Shown: positions 1 through 10,169 of the stretch, piece after piece
How the letters are laid out: every line of letters begins with the position of its first letter
Numbering within the stretch: position 1 is the first letter of the stretch
Origin: Octopus vulgaris
Lineage: Eukaryota
Reading direction: 5' to 3'
DNA length: 64,000 nucleotides
Assembly (NCBI GenBank): GCA_951406725.2
Contig: OX597830.1
Span: 54,126,001-54,190,000 of the forward strand
The notes under the pieces: generated by a model
What the model saw: only the letters and a program-made list of their open reading frames with translations
Database searches by the model: none
What the model was told of the DNA's origin: nothing
Made by a program: the position numbers and the translations under genes

Positions 1-430
1 TCTTCCAGCAGCCACCCTCTCGACCCAGCACAGCACTGCCTCCTCTCAGCATTTGAGGTCTACATCTGAAGTGAGTAAATGAATGGAGGCATAACATCAC
101 CATCATTTGTGATCATGCCAAACACCATGATGTTGATTGGATGTTTGATTTTTATCACTCTTTGTACATGTTCTGGGGACACAGCAAGCCAATGGTTGTT
201 CTGTGTGTTCACCATCTGATCCCGGCAGAAATGTTTCTGTTATGAGGAAAACCAAAACATGTTCGGTTTGAGGGAATGCTGGAGTTTGTTCAGAAGCTTT
301 GTCGTGTGGTCTTTCCTCTGTCCTTGATGGCTTGGGATAGAAATTGTCCCTTTCTCATCTTGTATGAAGAATACCGAATGTCTTCATGCACTACCTGCCT
401 GATAAGAAATTCAGACACTCCCATGTCCCT
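1..430 (-). mobile_element. Degraded Tc1/mariner (maT/DD37D-like) transposase fragment
   Basis: Minus-strand translation ...QNNHWLAVSPEHVQRVIKIKHPINIMVFGMITNDGDVMPPFI, with stops and frameshifts. Homologous to the + strand copy at ~1225-1400. Confidence 0.8.
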
Positions 431-829
431 GTATGTATATCTTTATCTTTATATATAAATATTTATGTATACATACAAATATGTATACATATAAATATGT
501 ATACACACGTGACATTGAACAAATTGGAGATAGAAAAGCAGGAATAAACACCTGACAAATCCACCTAATTAAGTTCCAACATATTCACCTGATATTTGAA
601 ATGAACAACAATGTAATTGTTTACTGAAGTAAAAGGCAAGTAAATTAATGGAGAACAATAATCAATGATGCAATGGTGTGGTGATGGTGGGGGTGGAGCA
701 AAGATATTTGGGTTTAATGAGAGGGAAGGAGAAGAGGAAACACAAAAGCTGTTACAATTATGACTCCTACTACTACTCCTCGGGCAAAATAAATAACAGA
801 TTTAATTTCTGTGAGAGTCAGAGTGCATG

Positions 830-1032
830 CATATCATCATCATCGTCGTCGTCGTCATCATCATTATCATCACCACCACGACCATCATCATCATCATCAT
901 CATGCTGGCATGGGTTGGACGATTTGAAAGGAGCTGGCCAAGCAGAAGACTTGCACTGGGCTTCTGTGTCAGTTTTGGTACAGTTTTTTATGGCTGGATG
1001 CTCTTCCTAACACCAACCATCCAGCAGAGTGG
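830..1032 (-). mobile_element. RTE-type 3' tail fragment with (CAT)n/(GAT)n end
   Basis: Reverse complement resembles TTGGCGTTAGGAAGGGCATCCAGC...GTCCAACCCATGCCAGCATG(GAT)n seen at 2740-2880. Confidence 0.65.
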
Positions 1033-1039
1033 CCTGTAT

Positions 1040-1831
1040 ATATTGCATTGTTTGTTTTTAAGTTTGTTAGCTACACAGTATAGTAGGGTCAATTGGGCAC
1101 TGTCCGTGAGAAAAACAGCACCGTGACGCAATTCACTCTGCCAGGAATTTTGAAACAACATGCTGTACTGCTTAGCATTCATGCCAGTAGCTACAATACG
1201 AAGTGCTGGAAGCTCCAGTATGAACATGTACTGAGAGTGATAACAATCAAATATCCAGTCAATATTATGGTGTTTGGACTGATCACAAGTGATGGTGATG
1301 TTATGCCTCCATTTATCTTCCCACATGGCCTCAGATGTAGGCCTCAACACGGAGGCCTACATCAAGTGCCTGAAGGTGGTAGTGTTACCCTGGGTCAAGA
1401 GGGTGGCTGCTGGAAGGCCCTTTATCTGGTAACAAGACTCTGCACCATGCCACACAAGCAGGAGAACCCAGTCATGGCTGTCAGACAATTTCTGCAATCA
1501 CCTGCCTCCCCAGACTGCAACCACCTCGATTATTATGTGTGGGTTGCAGTTGAGTGAGACCAACAAAACACCAAAGATGAACTGAAGGCAAGGATTATGG
1601 CAGCATTCACCAACTTAAACAAGGAGACCGTCCAGAAAGAAGAGTTGCAGGAGATTCCAAAGTCGTCTGGAGGCCGTGGTTGAAGCAAATGATGATTTTA
1701 TTGAATAAATTTACTCTTTAGTATTTCAAGATATTTAAAGGTAATTTTGGTAAATTAATCTGTTAAAATGAGATGTCAGTGTTATTTTCATTTTTGAGTA
1801 ATTTATACAGTAGTTCATTCATTGCACCCTG
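1040..1831 (+). mobile_element. Internally deleted Tc1/mariner (maT/DD37D-like) element
   Basis: Translates across frameshifts to VNIMVFGLITSDGDVMPPFIFPHG...QDSAPCHTSRRTQSWL...SPDCNHLDYYVW...SRLEAVVEAN. Ends in CACCCTG followed by TA (a TACAGGGTG-type TIR). Confidence 0.8.
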
Positions 1832-1929
1832 TATATGTGGTTAGCCATAACCTTGAACATAACTGAGAGCCACCACAGTATCCACCTGGATAATATGTCT
1901 CTCTAAACTCACACTACACATACACACAC

Positions 1930-2095
1930 ACACACACACATGCACACACACACACTCACACCTACACACATATGATGAGCTTCTTCCGGTTTTAGCCTAT
2001 CAGATCTACTCAGCGGCCTTTGGTTGACCCTGGGCTATAGTAAAAGACACTCACTCAAGGTACTGCACAGTGAGATTAAATCCATGCCCACATGG
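1930..2095 (-). mobile_element. Degenerate tRNA-derived SINE (same family as 51710-52132)
   Basis: Diverged match to GAAGACACTTGCCCAAGGTGCCACGCAGTGGGAC, preceded by a (CA)n tract. Confidence 0.55.
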
Positions 2096-2244
2096 ATATA
2101 CTAGTTATAAGATTCAGTAGAATTTAGGCACATCGAGTAGGATGCCGTAAATAGCTAGGTACAATAACACAAGGTTCACAGTGAGGTAAACAAAAAACCA
2201 TGAATGCACCAGGTAGTGGTAGGATACTGTAGATATGTAAATAA

Positions 2245-2880
2245 CAAAGTGCCACACCCTAGTGGTTGAGGGAACCTGTGGAAGAGGTAGACCCAGGAAA
2301 ACCTGGGACGAGGTGGGGAAGCATGACCTTCGAACTTTAGGTCTCACCGAGGTAATGACTAGTGACTGAGACCTTTGGAAATATGCTGTGCATGAGAAGA
2401 CCCGGCAAGACAAGTGAGACCATAACCTGTGGCCTTTACTTGGGATGTAGCCAGTCCACTTATGCATACCTTTCCTTCTTGGGACTCAAAACTCTACTTG
2501 CAAAGACCTGTTAAGGCAAGTGAAATCAAAATCGATCAAAAAATCAAATGGAAATAGTAGTTGAGATACCAGTGCCGGTGGCACGTAAAAAGATCCATCT
2601 GAACATGGCTGTTGCCAGCGCCACATCGACTGGCCTCCATGCCGGTGGCACATTAAAAGCACCAACCGATCGTGGCCACTGCTAGCCTACCCTTGCACCT
2701 GTGCCGGTGGCATGTAAAAAGCACCCACTACACTCACTGACTGGTTGGCGTTAGGAAGGGCATCCAGCTGTAGAAACACTGCCAGATCAGACTGGAGCCT
2801 GGTGCAGCCTCCTGGTTCCCCAGACCCCGGTCAAACCGTCCAATCCATGCCAGCATGGACGTTAAACAATGATGATGATG
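2245..2880 (+). mobile_element. RTE-clade LINE 3' end (ORF C-terminus plus 3' UTR)
   Basis: Translates to KCHTLVVEGTCGRGRPRKTWDEV...DLWKYAV (RTE GRP..W motif). The 3' UTR has repeated GCCGGTGGCACGTAAAA units and a (GAT)n tail. Confidence 0.8.
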
Positions 2881-3000
2881 TTGAATTTAAACTGTAGATC
2901 CAACTCAGGTGTGGCATAGGTATAAAAAAAGAACACAAATGAGTTTCAAATTTATTGCAGCTGTTTTGGTAGAATTTTATTGATGTATTCATGAATTACA

Positions 3001-5075
3001 TCTCTATATATAAAACTGAAATGCGTTTTTACCGCTTGGATCGCTTTCAATGCCACTACATCCCGTCCGATTCGCTCCAAAATTTACAGGGACATGTAGA
3101 ATGAGGTGACGATACCCGTGGGCTACCTTAGAAATCCCTATCTTAAAAGGTGTGGTTGCTAGGGGCCATCTTCCTCACTCACGCTATTTCCTCCATTCCC
3201 CTCTCACTCCCCTTCATGTATAACTTTGACAATTCCACTCCTGTTATTTAAAGTATCTGTCTTCCTAAACTCACTCTCGCTATTTCCTCTCTTTTTCACT
3301 CACTCTGTTTCCTACCTTCCCATCACTTCGGCGTTCTTTTATGTATCTGTCTGTCACCAACAACACACGAGCATGAGAACAAATATTATGAATCAGATAT
3401 TCTTGCGTTCATTTATATGTGTGTGTGTATGTGTGTGTTCTATATATAAATATGTATATATAATGTATGTGTGTGTGTGTGTGTGTTCTATATATAAATA
3501 TGTATATATAATGTATATATACAAAGTGTATATATCTGTATTTATGTATATTAAACTTTTTCATACTTTTTCATAGTTATATATATTTTTAAACAAATTA
3601 TAAATATAATTGAATAATTTTTATTTTCAATTTAAATAATTTAAATTTTTCAATTTTATATTTTATATATTTTCTATATTATATTTTTTTTTATGTTTTT
3701 GCTTTTGGTTTTTCACTGTTTGATTTGCCTATTAGTGGTTTTATCTCTAATTTAATTTATACAGATATATATCTCATTTGTATACATTTGTATATATAAT
3801 GCGTGCACACATACACACACAGACACACATATATATACACATATATATACACATATATATACACATATATATATATATATATATAATGTGTGCATTACGT
3901 AGTCGGTTGATTCAGCTGAAAATATGCACACCTATGTTAAAAGTGCTGGCAAGTTTGCATGACAACTATTTTTTTCCTCAAATGAAAGGTGTCACCTCTA
4001 GGACAAAATTCCTCATCTTATAAAATGTGGCCCAGTAGACCCGAATGAAATCGGGTTATATTAACCAAAATGTGAAAAGGGGTCTAAATGGGGCTGGAAG
4101 GGGATTAAAATTTCAAGGAGCGGGTGTTTAGGAATTCTCTGTTACATCAAGCTAAAAAATTTGTGCCAGCCTTTTAATCGTCAATGTGTTGCTGTCCATG
4201 ATAAAGAAGTTTTGAATGCTTGCCATGGTGATTCTACTGTCGTGAAAAAGAATCACTTCAAAACTTGGTGTTTACGAATTTTCTTTTACATCAAGTTCAA
4301 AATTTTACGCCAGCCGTTAAACTGTCAATACGTTGCTGTCTGTCGTTAAGAAATGCCAGCCATGGTGACTCTACTATCCTCAGATTCTATCCCTTCAAAC
4401 TTTGGTTTCCAATATTTTATTATTTTTATTCAGCTCGCAAGTTCGTCTGTCCCTTTTAAATGTTAGTGTTTTGCTGTCTGCCTTGAAGCAGACCTTTCTG
4501 TTGCCACTGCCTGATATTTATGATTGATCTTTCTAAATATTTTATTTCTCAACTTACTCAAGATCTTCTGTTGTTTATAAATGGGAGAGAGATAGATAAA
4601 GATAGAGAGTAAGAGAAGCGAGGGAGAGTCCGAGAGAAAAGAAAAGTAAGAGAGTGGGAAAGTGAGAGAGAACGGAGAGAGAAACAAAGAGGGAGAATCA
4701 TCATCATCATCATCGTTTAATGTCCGTTTTCCGTGCTAGCACGGGTTGAACAGTGTGACCGGGGTCTGGGAAGCCAGGAGGCTGCACCAGGCTCCAGTCT
4801 GATCTGGCAGTGTTTCTACAGGTGGATGACCTTCCTAACGCCAACCACTCTGTGAGTGTAGTGGGCGCTTTTTTCGTGCCGCCGGCACAGGTGCCAGAGG
4901 GTCTCGCAGCGGCAACGATCGGTTGGTGCTTTTTACGTGCCACCGGCACAGAAGCAAGTCAAGGCAGCGCTGCAATTGGCCACGTTCGGATGGTGCTTTT
5001 TACGTGCTGAAAAGAAGCAACAGAGAGTAACAACCACACTCTTACCCGCGCGTAGAGCGGGTCACCTTCAGCTAG
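3001..5075 (+). mobile_element. Non-autonomous Helitron
   Basis: Starts TCTCTATATATAAAA after an A. The 3' hairpin ACCCGC-GCGTAGA-GCGGGT (5044-5062) is followed by CTAG|T. No TSD. A paralogous empty site lies at ~42481-42555. Confidence 0.75.
4698..5008 (-). mobile_element. RTE 3' UTR fragment nested in the Helitron
   Basis: Reverse complement of the 2575-2880 UTR, with a (CAT)n tail at the left. Confidence 0.8.
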
Positions 5076-5213
5076 TCATAATATATAATTCACTATTTTC
5101 AAATAGTGAGATATCCTTAAGCCATTTAAGTGAGATAAAAGAAAGCAAAAGTCACAAGACTGTCATTGCCTTTTTAAGACAGCAGAAAGTTATAAAACTG
5201 TCATAGCCTCTTC

Positions 5214-5226
5214 ACACATGTACACA

Positions 5227-5265
<39 letters not shown>

Positions 5266-5268
5266 GCA

Positions 5269-5306
<38 letters not shown>

Positions 5307-5606
5307 ACATCACACACAGACATGCACACACGTGCACACACCACACACACACACTCACACACACTCACACCACATCACACACAGACATGCACAAACACGC
5401 ACACACACACACATACACTCACACCACATCACACACAGACATGCACAAACACACACACACACCACATCACATACAGACATGCACACACACACACACATAC
5501 ACTCACACCACATCACACACAGACATGCACAAACACACACACACACACCACATCACACACAGACATGCACAAACACACACACACACACCACATCACATAC
5601 AGACAT

Positions 5607-5647
<41 letters not shown>

Positions 5648-5735
5648 ACATCACACACAGACATGCACACACATGTATATATGCATACACAAACACGTAC
5701 ATGTATGAATAAATATACATACACACATACATATA
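5214..5735. repeat. CA-rich compound micro/minisatellite
   Basis: Recurrent unit CACACCACATCACACACAGACATGCAC embedded in (CA)n. Confidence 0.85.
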
Positions 5736-6074
5736 CATGAGAGGTATTGGTATCCAGAAGACCCAAGGTGGCAGGTGGCAGGTGAGGCTAGGTAAGGGCT
5801 CAAGTTCAGTGTTAGAGATAAAGGATTGACCTATGTGTGTGTATGTGATGTTGTGTTGTTTGTTATTGAAAAAAACAGGAGGAGAGGACTGAGGTAGGGG
5901 ATGAAAAGGAGGAGGAGGAGGAATCTGAAACTGATTTATCTGCAATTTCTGAAAAAGTCACATTGAAAATGTTTTTTTCTATCTTAGCTTGTTTGACCTT
6001 TGACCTAATTCAACTTGTGATAAATTACTGAGATAAATTGAGGAAAATACAGAGATATTTTATAAGTGGACTTG

Positions 6075-6147
<73 letters not shown>

Positions 6148-6201
6148 TACTACAACAACAACAACAACAACAACGACGACAATGACAACGATAATAATAA
6201 C

Positions 6202-6250
<49 letters not shown>
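6075..6250. repeat. Compound (TAC)n-(AAC)n-(AAT)n microsatellite
   Basis: Directly visible. Confidence 0.95.
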
Positions 6251-6252
<2 letters not shown>

Positions 6253-6254
6253 TT

Positions 6255-6430
6255 TGGCTGTAAGTCAATTACATCAACCCCAGCACTCAAGTGGTACTTA
6301 TTTTATCAACTCTGAAAGTGATGAAAGGTAAAGTGGATCTCAGTGGAATTTGAGCTCAGAACATAAAGTCGGATGAAATACTGCTAAGCATTTTGCCTGG
6401 TGTGCTAACAATTCTGCCAGCTTGCCACCT
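6255..6430 (-). mobile_element. tRNA-derived SINE (MetaSINE/MESC-like core), degenerate
   Basis: Reverse complement of GGCAAGCTGGCAGAAT...GAGCTCAAATTCC...TTTCATC...AAGTACCA. Confidence 0.7.
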
Positions 6431-6431
6431 C

Positions 6432-6486
<55 letters not shown>

Positions 6487-6507
6487 GTAATAATAATAAT
6501 AATGATA

Positions 6508-7020
6508 CTTTCTTTTATTGGCCACAAGGGCTGAACACAAAACAAATAGGGACAATACAAGGGACAAGTGGAATGTTGAACAATGCTGTGAATACACTAA
6601 GCAACAAAATAAAAGGAATAACAAAACAACTTAACAATAAAAATTCCCCAAAAGGGGGGAATTCCTCACAGGGACAACTGCAGAACCCCGCACAACCTAG
6701 TTATCCTGACCACCATGTGCACCTCAGCAAGCACCTCCCATCTTCTCAACTCTTCTGGTTTACAAACATAAGTTCAGTGTAGGCCCTTTCACATGGGCCA
6801 CCATTGTCACATGCACCCACCTTTCAACAATGCTCCACAAGTCAGTAATACATGGACACTGAACGAGTGTGTGCAGGATAGTTTCGTTACCTTGGGCACA
6901 GCTCGGACAGGTCGATCTGACAGTACTTCCATGTCTGTGGAGCTTTTCTTGAACTGGCAGAGCTCCCCAGTAGCACTACCAGGCCAGGGATTTCTGGAAG
7001 TTATCCCTAGGCCCCGACCC
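6508..7020 (-). mobile_element. L1/Tx1-like LINE 3' remnant (C-terminal zinc finger plus 3' UTR)
   Basis: Minus frame reads FQKSLAW*CYWGALPVQEKLHRHGSTVRSTCPSCAQGNETILHTLVQCPCITDLW (CxxC-E..H...C, zf-RVT-like). 3' end is GCCCTTGTGGCCAATAAAAGAAA. Confidence 0.7.
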
Positions 7021-7059
7021 AATAATCTTCCGAAAAAGACCAGTTTACATGTTGGTTTA

Positions 7060-7540
7060 CATTACAGACTAATTTCCTGCCTCCCATTAATGTGGAAGTT
7101 TCTGTCAGGAGGAATTGCAGAAGAACTGTGTAAACACGTATTTATTGTTAAGAAAATGCTGGAAATGTTGTACATGTCATCGCATGTACAACATTAGTCT
7201 GTAATTATCAGAAGCATTTCTTTTTGATGCATACTTCAAACACAACACTGTTCATCCTTTTGTCAACCAGCCTAAGATTTCTTCTTCTCCATTGATCAAT
7301 GCATTAAATTGCTCTGCGATCAATTTATGGCAACTACCAAACTTTTTTTTATCCAAAATCCCTGTACACCATTGGGTCCTGCAGCTTTCCAATTGCTTAA
7401 CCTTTTTACTCATATTTCTGACTCTGTCGGCTGTGAAGTGGGTAATCTCTTGCTGGAGATAAGAAGCTGTTTGCTTCTGGCTGCAGAGCCATTCAGTTGC
7501 AGTATCATGTTGTTCTTGCTTACTCCATATCTTATCCCAG
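7060..7540. mobile_element. Rearranged R4/Dong-like non-LTR RT fragment (part +, part -)
   Basis: Minus strand: WDKIW...NWKAAGPNGVQGFWIKK...WLTKG*TVL...SDNYR. Plus strand 7061-7140: YRLISCLPLMWKFLSGGIAEEL. Confidence 0.7.
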
Positions 7541-7566
7541 ATTATTATTATTATTATTATTATTTG

Positions 7567-7775
7567 GGGTGGTGAGCTGGCAGAATCATTTCTGGGTGAA
7601 ATGCTTAGTGGTATTTCGACTGTTGCTATGTTCTGAGTTCAAATTCCACTGAGGTCAACTCTGCCTTTCCTCCTTTTGGGGTCGATTAAATAAGTACCAG
7701 TCACGCACTGGAGTCGATGTAAGTGAGTTTATCTCCTCCCCTAAGTTGCCCTTGTGCAAAAAAATTTGAAATCAT
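7567..7775 (+). mobile_element. tRNA-derived SINE (MetaSINE-like core)
   Basis: GGTGAGCTGGCAGAATC head, GAGTTCAAATTCC B-box and GGGGTCGATTAAATAAGTACCAG core. Confidence 0.8.
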
Positions 7776-7796
7776 CACCATCATCATCATTATTAC

Positions 7797-7838
<42 letters not shown>

Positions 7839-7899
7839 GGCAGCAAGCTGGCAGAATCATTACATACATACATACATACATAAATAGACAGTGGGAGAT

Positions 7900-8034
7900 A
7901 GGTAGATGAAGATCAAGATAGATGGAGAGAGATAGACATATAGACAGACACACAGACACAGACAGACAGACAGACAGGCAGACAGACAGACAGACAGATA
8001 GATAGAGATAGATAGATAGATTGATTGATTGATT

Positions 8035-8088
<54 letters not shown>
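7900..8088. repeat. (GACA)n/(GATA)n microsatellite
   Basis: Directly visible. Confidence 0.9.
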
Positions 8089-8504
8089 AATAAGTGCTAA
8101 CGTATTTAATGAAGCTATGGAAAATTATCTGCAAATAAACATTTGGCCAGGAAAGAAAACAATATTTGTCAGTGATTATTATTTTATAATTAATGTTTGC
8201 TCATTTCCACTGTGACCTTTTCCTCTTTTTGCATAGCAAGGACATTGTCCCCTGTGCCCTTTCTTTTAAGACTGCGAGGTATGATTTGAGATTTAGCTGC
8301 TACTGCTTGAGAGTTGAGGGACTATGTAGAGGGACCATGCCCTTGTGGGTTCAAAATAAATGAAAGTAGAAAATTTATAGCATGAATGTCCAGTCTGTCT
8401 GGTTGTGTTATTTAATTTACAGTTGAATGTCCACTCTATTCAGAATGTCCAGTGTGCTTGATTGCTGAACCATGATGAAGTAATGGAACCTGTTTCATCA
8501 GTTT

Positions 8505-8772
8505 GGTACATGTTTCCTTGACAATATGTTTCCATACCAACATACTTCTATGCCAACATGTTTCTATACCAACATGTTTCGATGCCAAGACGTTTCCAAT
8601 GCCAGCATGTTTCTCTGCCAACATATATTAGTACCAACATGTCAGCATGCCATTGGATTTTCATGCCATGTTTTCATACCAACTTGTATCCATACTAACA
8701 CATTTTTATGCTAGCATGTTTCTATGGCAACATGTTTCCATGCCAACATACTTTCATGTCACCATGTTCCCA
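8505..8772. repeat. Degenerate ~19-bp minisatellite (CATGTTTCYATRCCAA-like)
   Basis: About a dozen imperfect copies of ATGTTTC..TGCCAACAT. Confidence 0.75.
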
Positions 8773-8876
8773 AATCAGCAAACTTAGGAATGGCTAACAA
8801 AAGCCCATGAACAAAGAATGGTATCCACTCTACTTTGAGACAAGTGAACCAGTCTCAGCTGGATTATGTTACTTAC

Positions 8877-8935
8877 CCACAGATGCAATAAGCACAATGG
8901 CTATTACCAGGATGGCCACCACCTTTGAACAAACA
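8877..8935 (-). CDS. Possible short exon encoding a hydrophobic (TM-like) segment
   Basis: Perfect GTAAGT donor (8876-8871) and a pyrimidine-rich TCTCTCTCTTAAG acceptor. One frame reads VCSKVVAILVIAIVLIASV. No partner exons were identified. Confidence 0.25.
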
Positions 8936-9032
8936 CTTAAGAGAGAGATAACTGTTGTTCATTTACTACATGTATCTTTTCACCTTTTGTTCTGGTCACC
9001 ACTGGGAATCTAAAGATATATATATATATATG

Positions 9033-9325
9033 TGAAGGCACAATGGCTCAGTGATTAGGGCAGCGGACTCGTGGTTTCAATTCCCAGACCGGGCGTTGTG
9101 AGTATTTATTGAGCGAAAACACCTAAAAAGCTCCACGAGGCTCTGGCAGAGGGTGGTGATCCCTGCTGTACTCCTTCACCACTCTTTCTCCCACTTTTTT
9201 TTCTTTTGGCCTGCTCGCTTAGCCAGCGGGGTGGCGTCATTCGAAGGCTAAAACAATGCGAATGCATTGTGACCAGCGATGTGTAACTACATCTGATGGA
9301 CTGGTCGGTCATGTGATCACGTGAT
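9033..9325 (+). mobile_element. tRNA-derived SINE (same family as 43047-43411) within a (TA)n tract
   Basis: Head GGCACAATGGCTCAGTGATTAGGGCAGCGGACTCG...GGTTTCAATTCCCAGACC carries A/B boxes. Confidence 0.8.
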
Positions 9326-9755
9326 ATATATATATATAAGTTCAGCAAACAAATTAGATTCAAATGAATATGGTACTTAATTTAGATGCACCAGAATTTT
9401 TTTATGGTATTACCCATAAAAATATAAGGGGTGATTATAATAAAAAATAAGCAACAAGAATGGATCCGGTAATTTAGTACAATAGTTTCATACTATAACA
9501 TTTTATTAAAAGCTGTAAATATTACAGCAGATATAATATGTCAAGTAATCTTCAGCTAATTTCATATAGGTTTTCCAATAATATAAAGTTCTCAAAACAA
9601 TTAGTAACATCCTAGAGAAGGTAAATATACAGATAAAGATGTAGATATGAATTTCAGGAACATGAGGTAGTATTGTTAGGATGCCAAACAGACCAAAATT
9701 AAGTTCACAACTAACTGTTGTGAGAAAAATTTCCTTAGTTATAAGAATGGTGGTA

Positions 9756-9908
9756 AAGGCAGGTTAAGGAATCAAGTAAGTTGAAGAAAAGAAGGGGAAA
9801 AAATTTAGGAGACGTAAAAGACAAAACAGATTGACACTAGAATAAAGGGTCAATCTAAAATTTTTTCCCCTTCTTTTCTTCAACTAACTTGATTCCTTAA
9901 CCTGCCCT
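9756..9908. repeat. ~50-bp-arm inverted repeat
   Basis: GCAGGTTAAGGAATCAAGTAAGTTGAAGAAAAGAAGGGGAAAAAATTTAG and its near-perfect reverse complement at ~9856-9906. Confidence 0.85.
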
Positions 9909-10169
9909 TATACAACAAATAATGAGGGAGTTTAAATAGAAAGGATAACCAGATTTTATCTCAGAGCTCACACTACTTTCTTTTTAAAGAAAGCCACAAC
10001 AAAAACAAAAACAAAAGGCAAGATGGTCACAACTAGAAGACTTTTGATCAGAACTCTGCTTGATTACAGCTGATTTAGTGATAAACAACAACAACAACAA
10101 CAGCAGCAGCAGCAAGAAAAATAACAGCAGTAGTTGTAACAAAAACAGCCAGGTGGTACCCCTCTGTAC

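Noticed and set aside
1093-1557. 154-aa ORF as a functional transposase
   Set aside because: It is internally deleted and frameshifted, and the catalytic region lies in another frame with stops.
5218-6331. His/Thr-, Tyr- and Ile-rich ORFs (and many similar ones at 40-63 kb)
   Set aside because: They are microsatellite translations.
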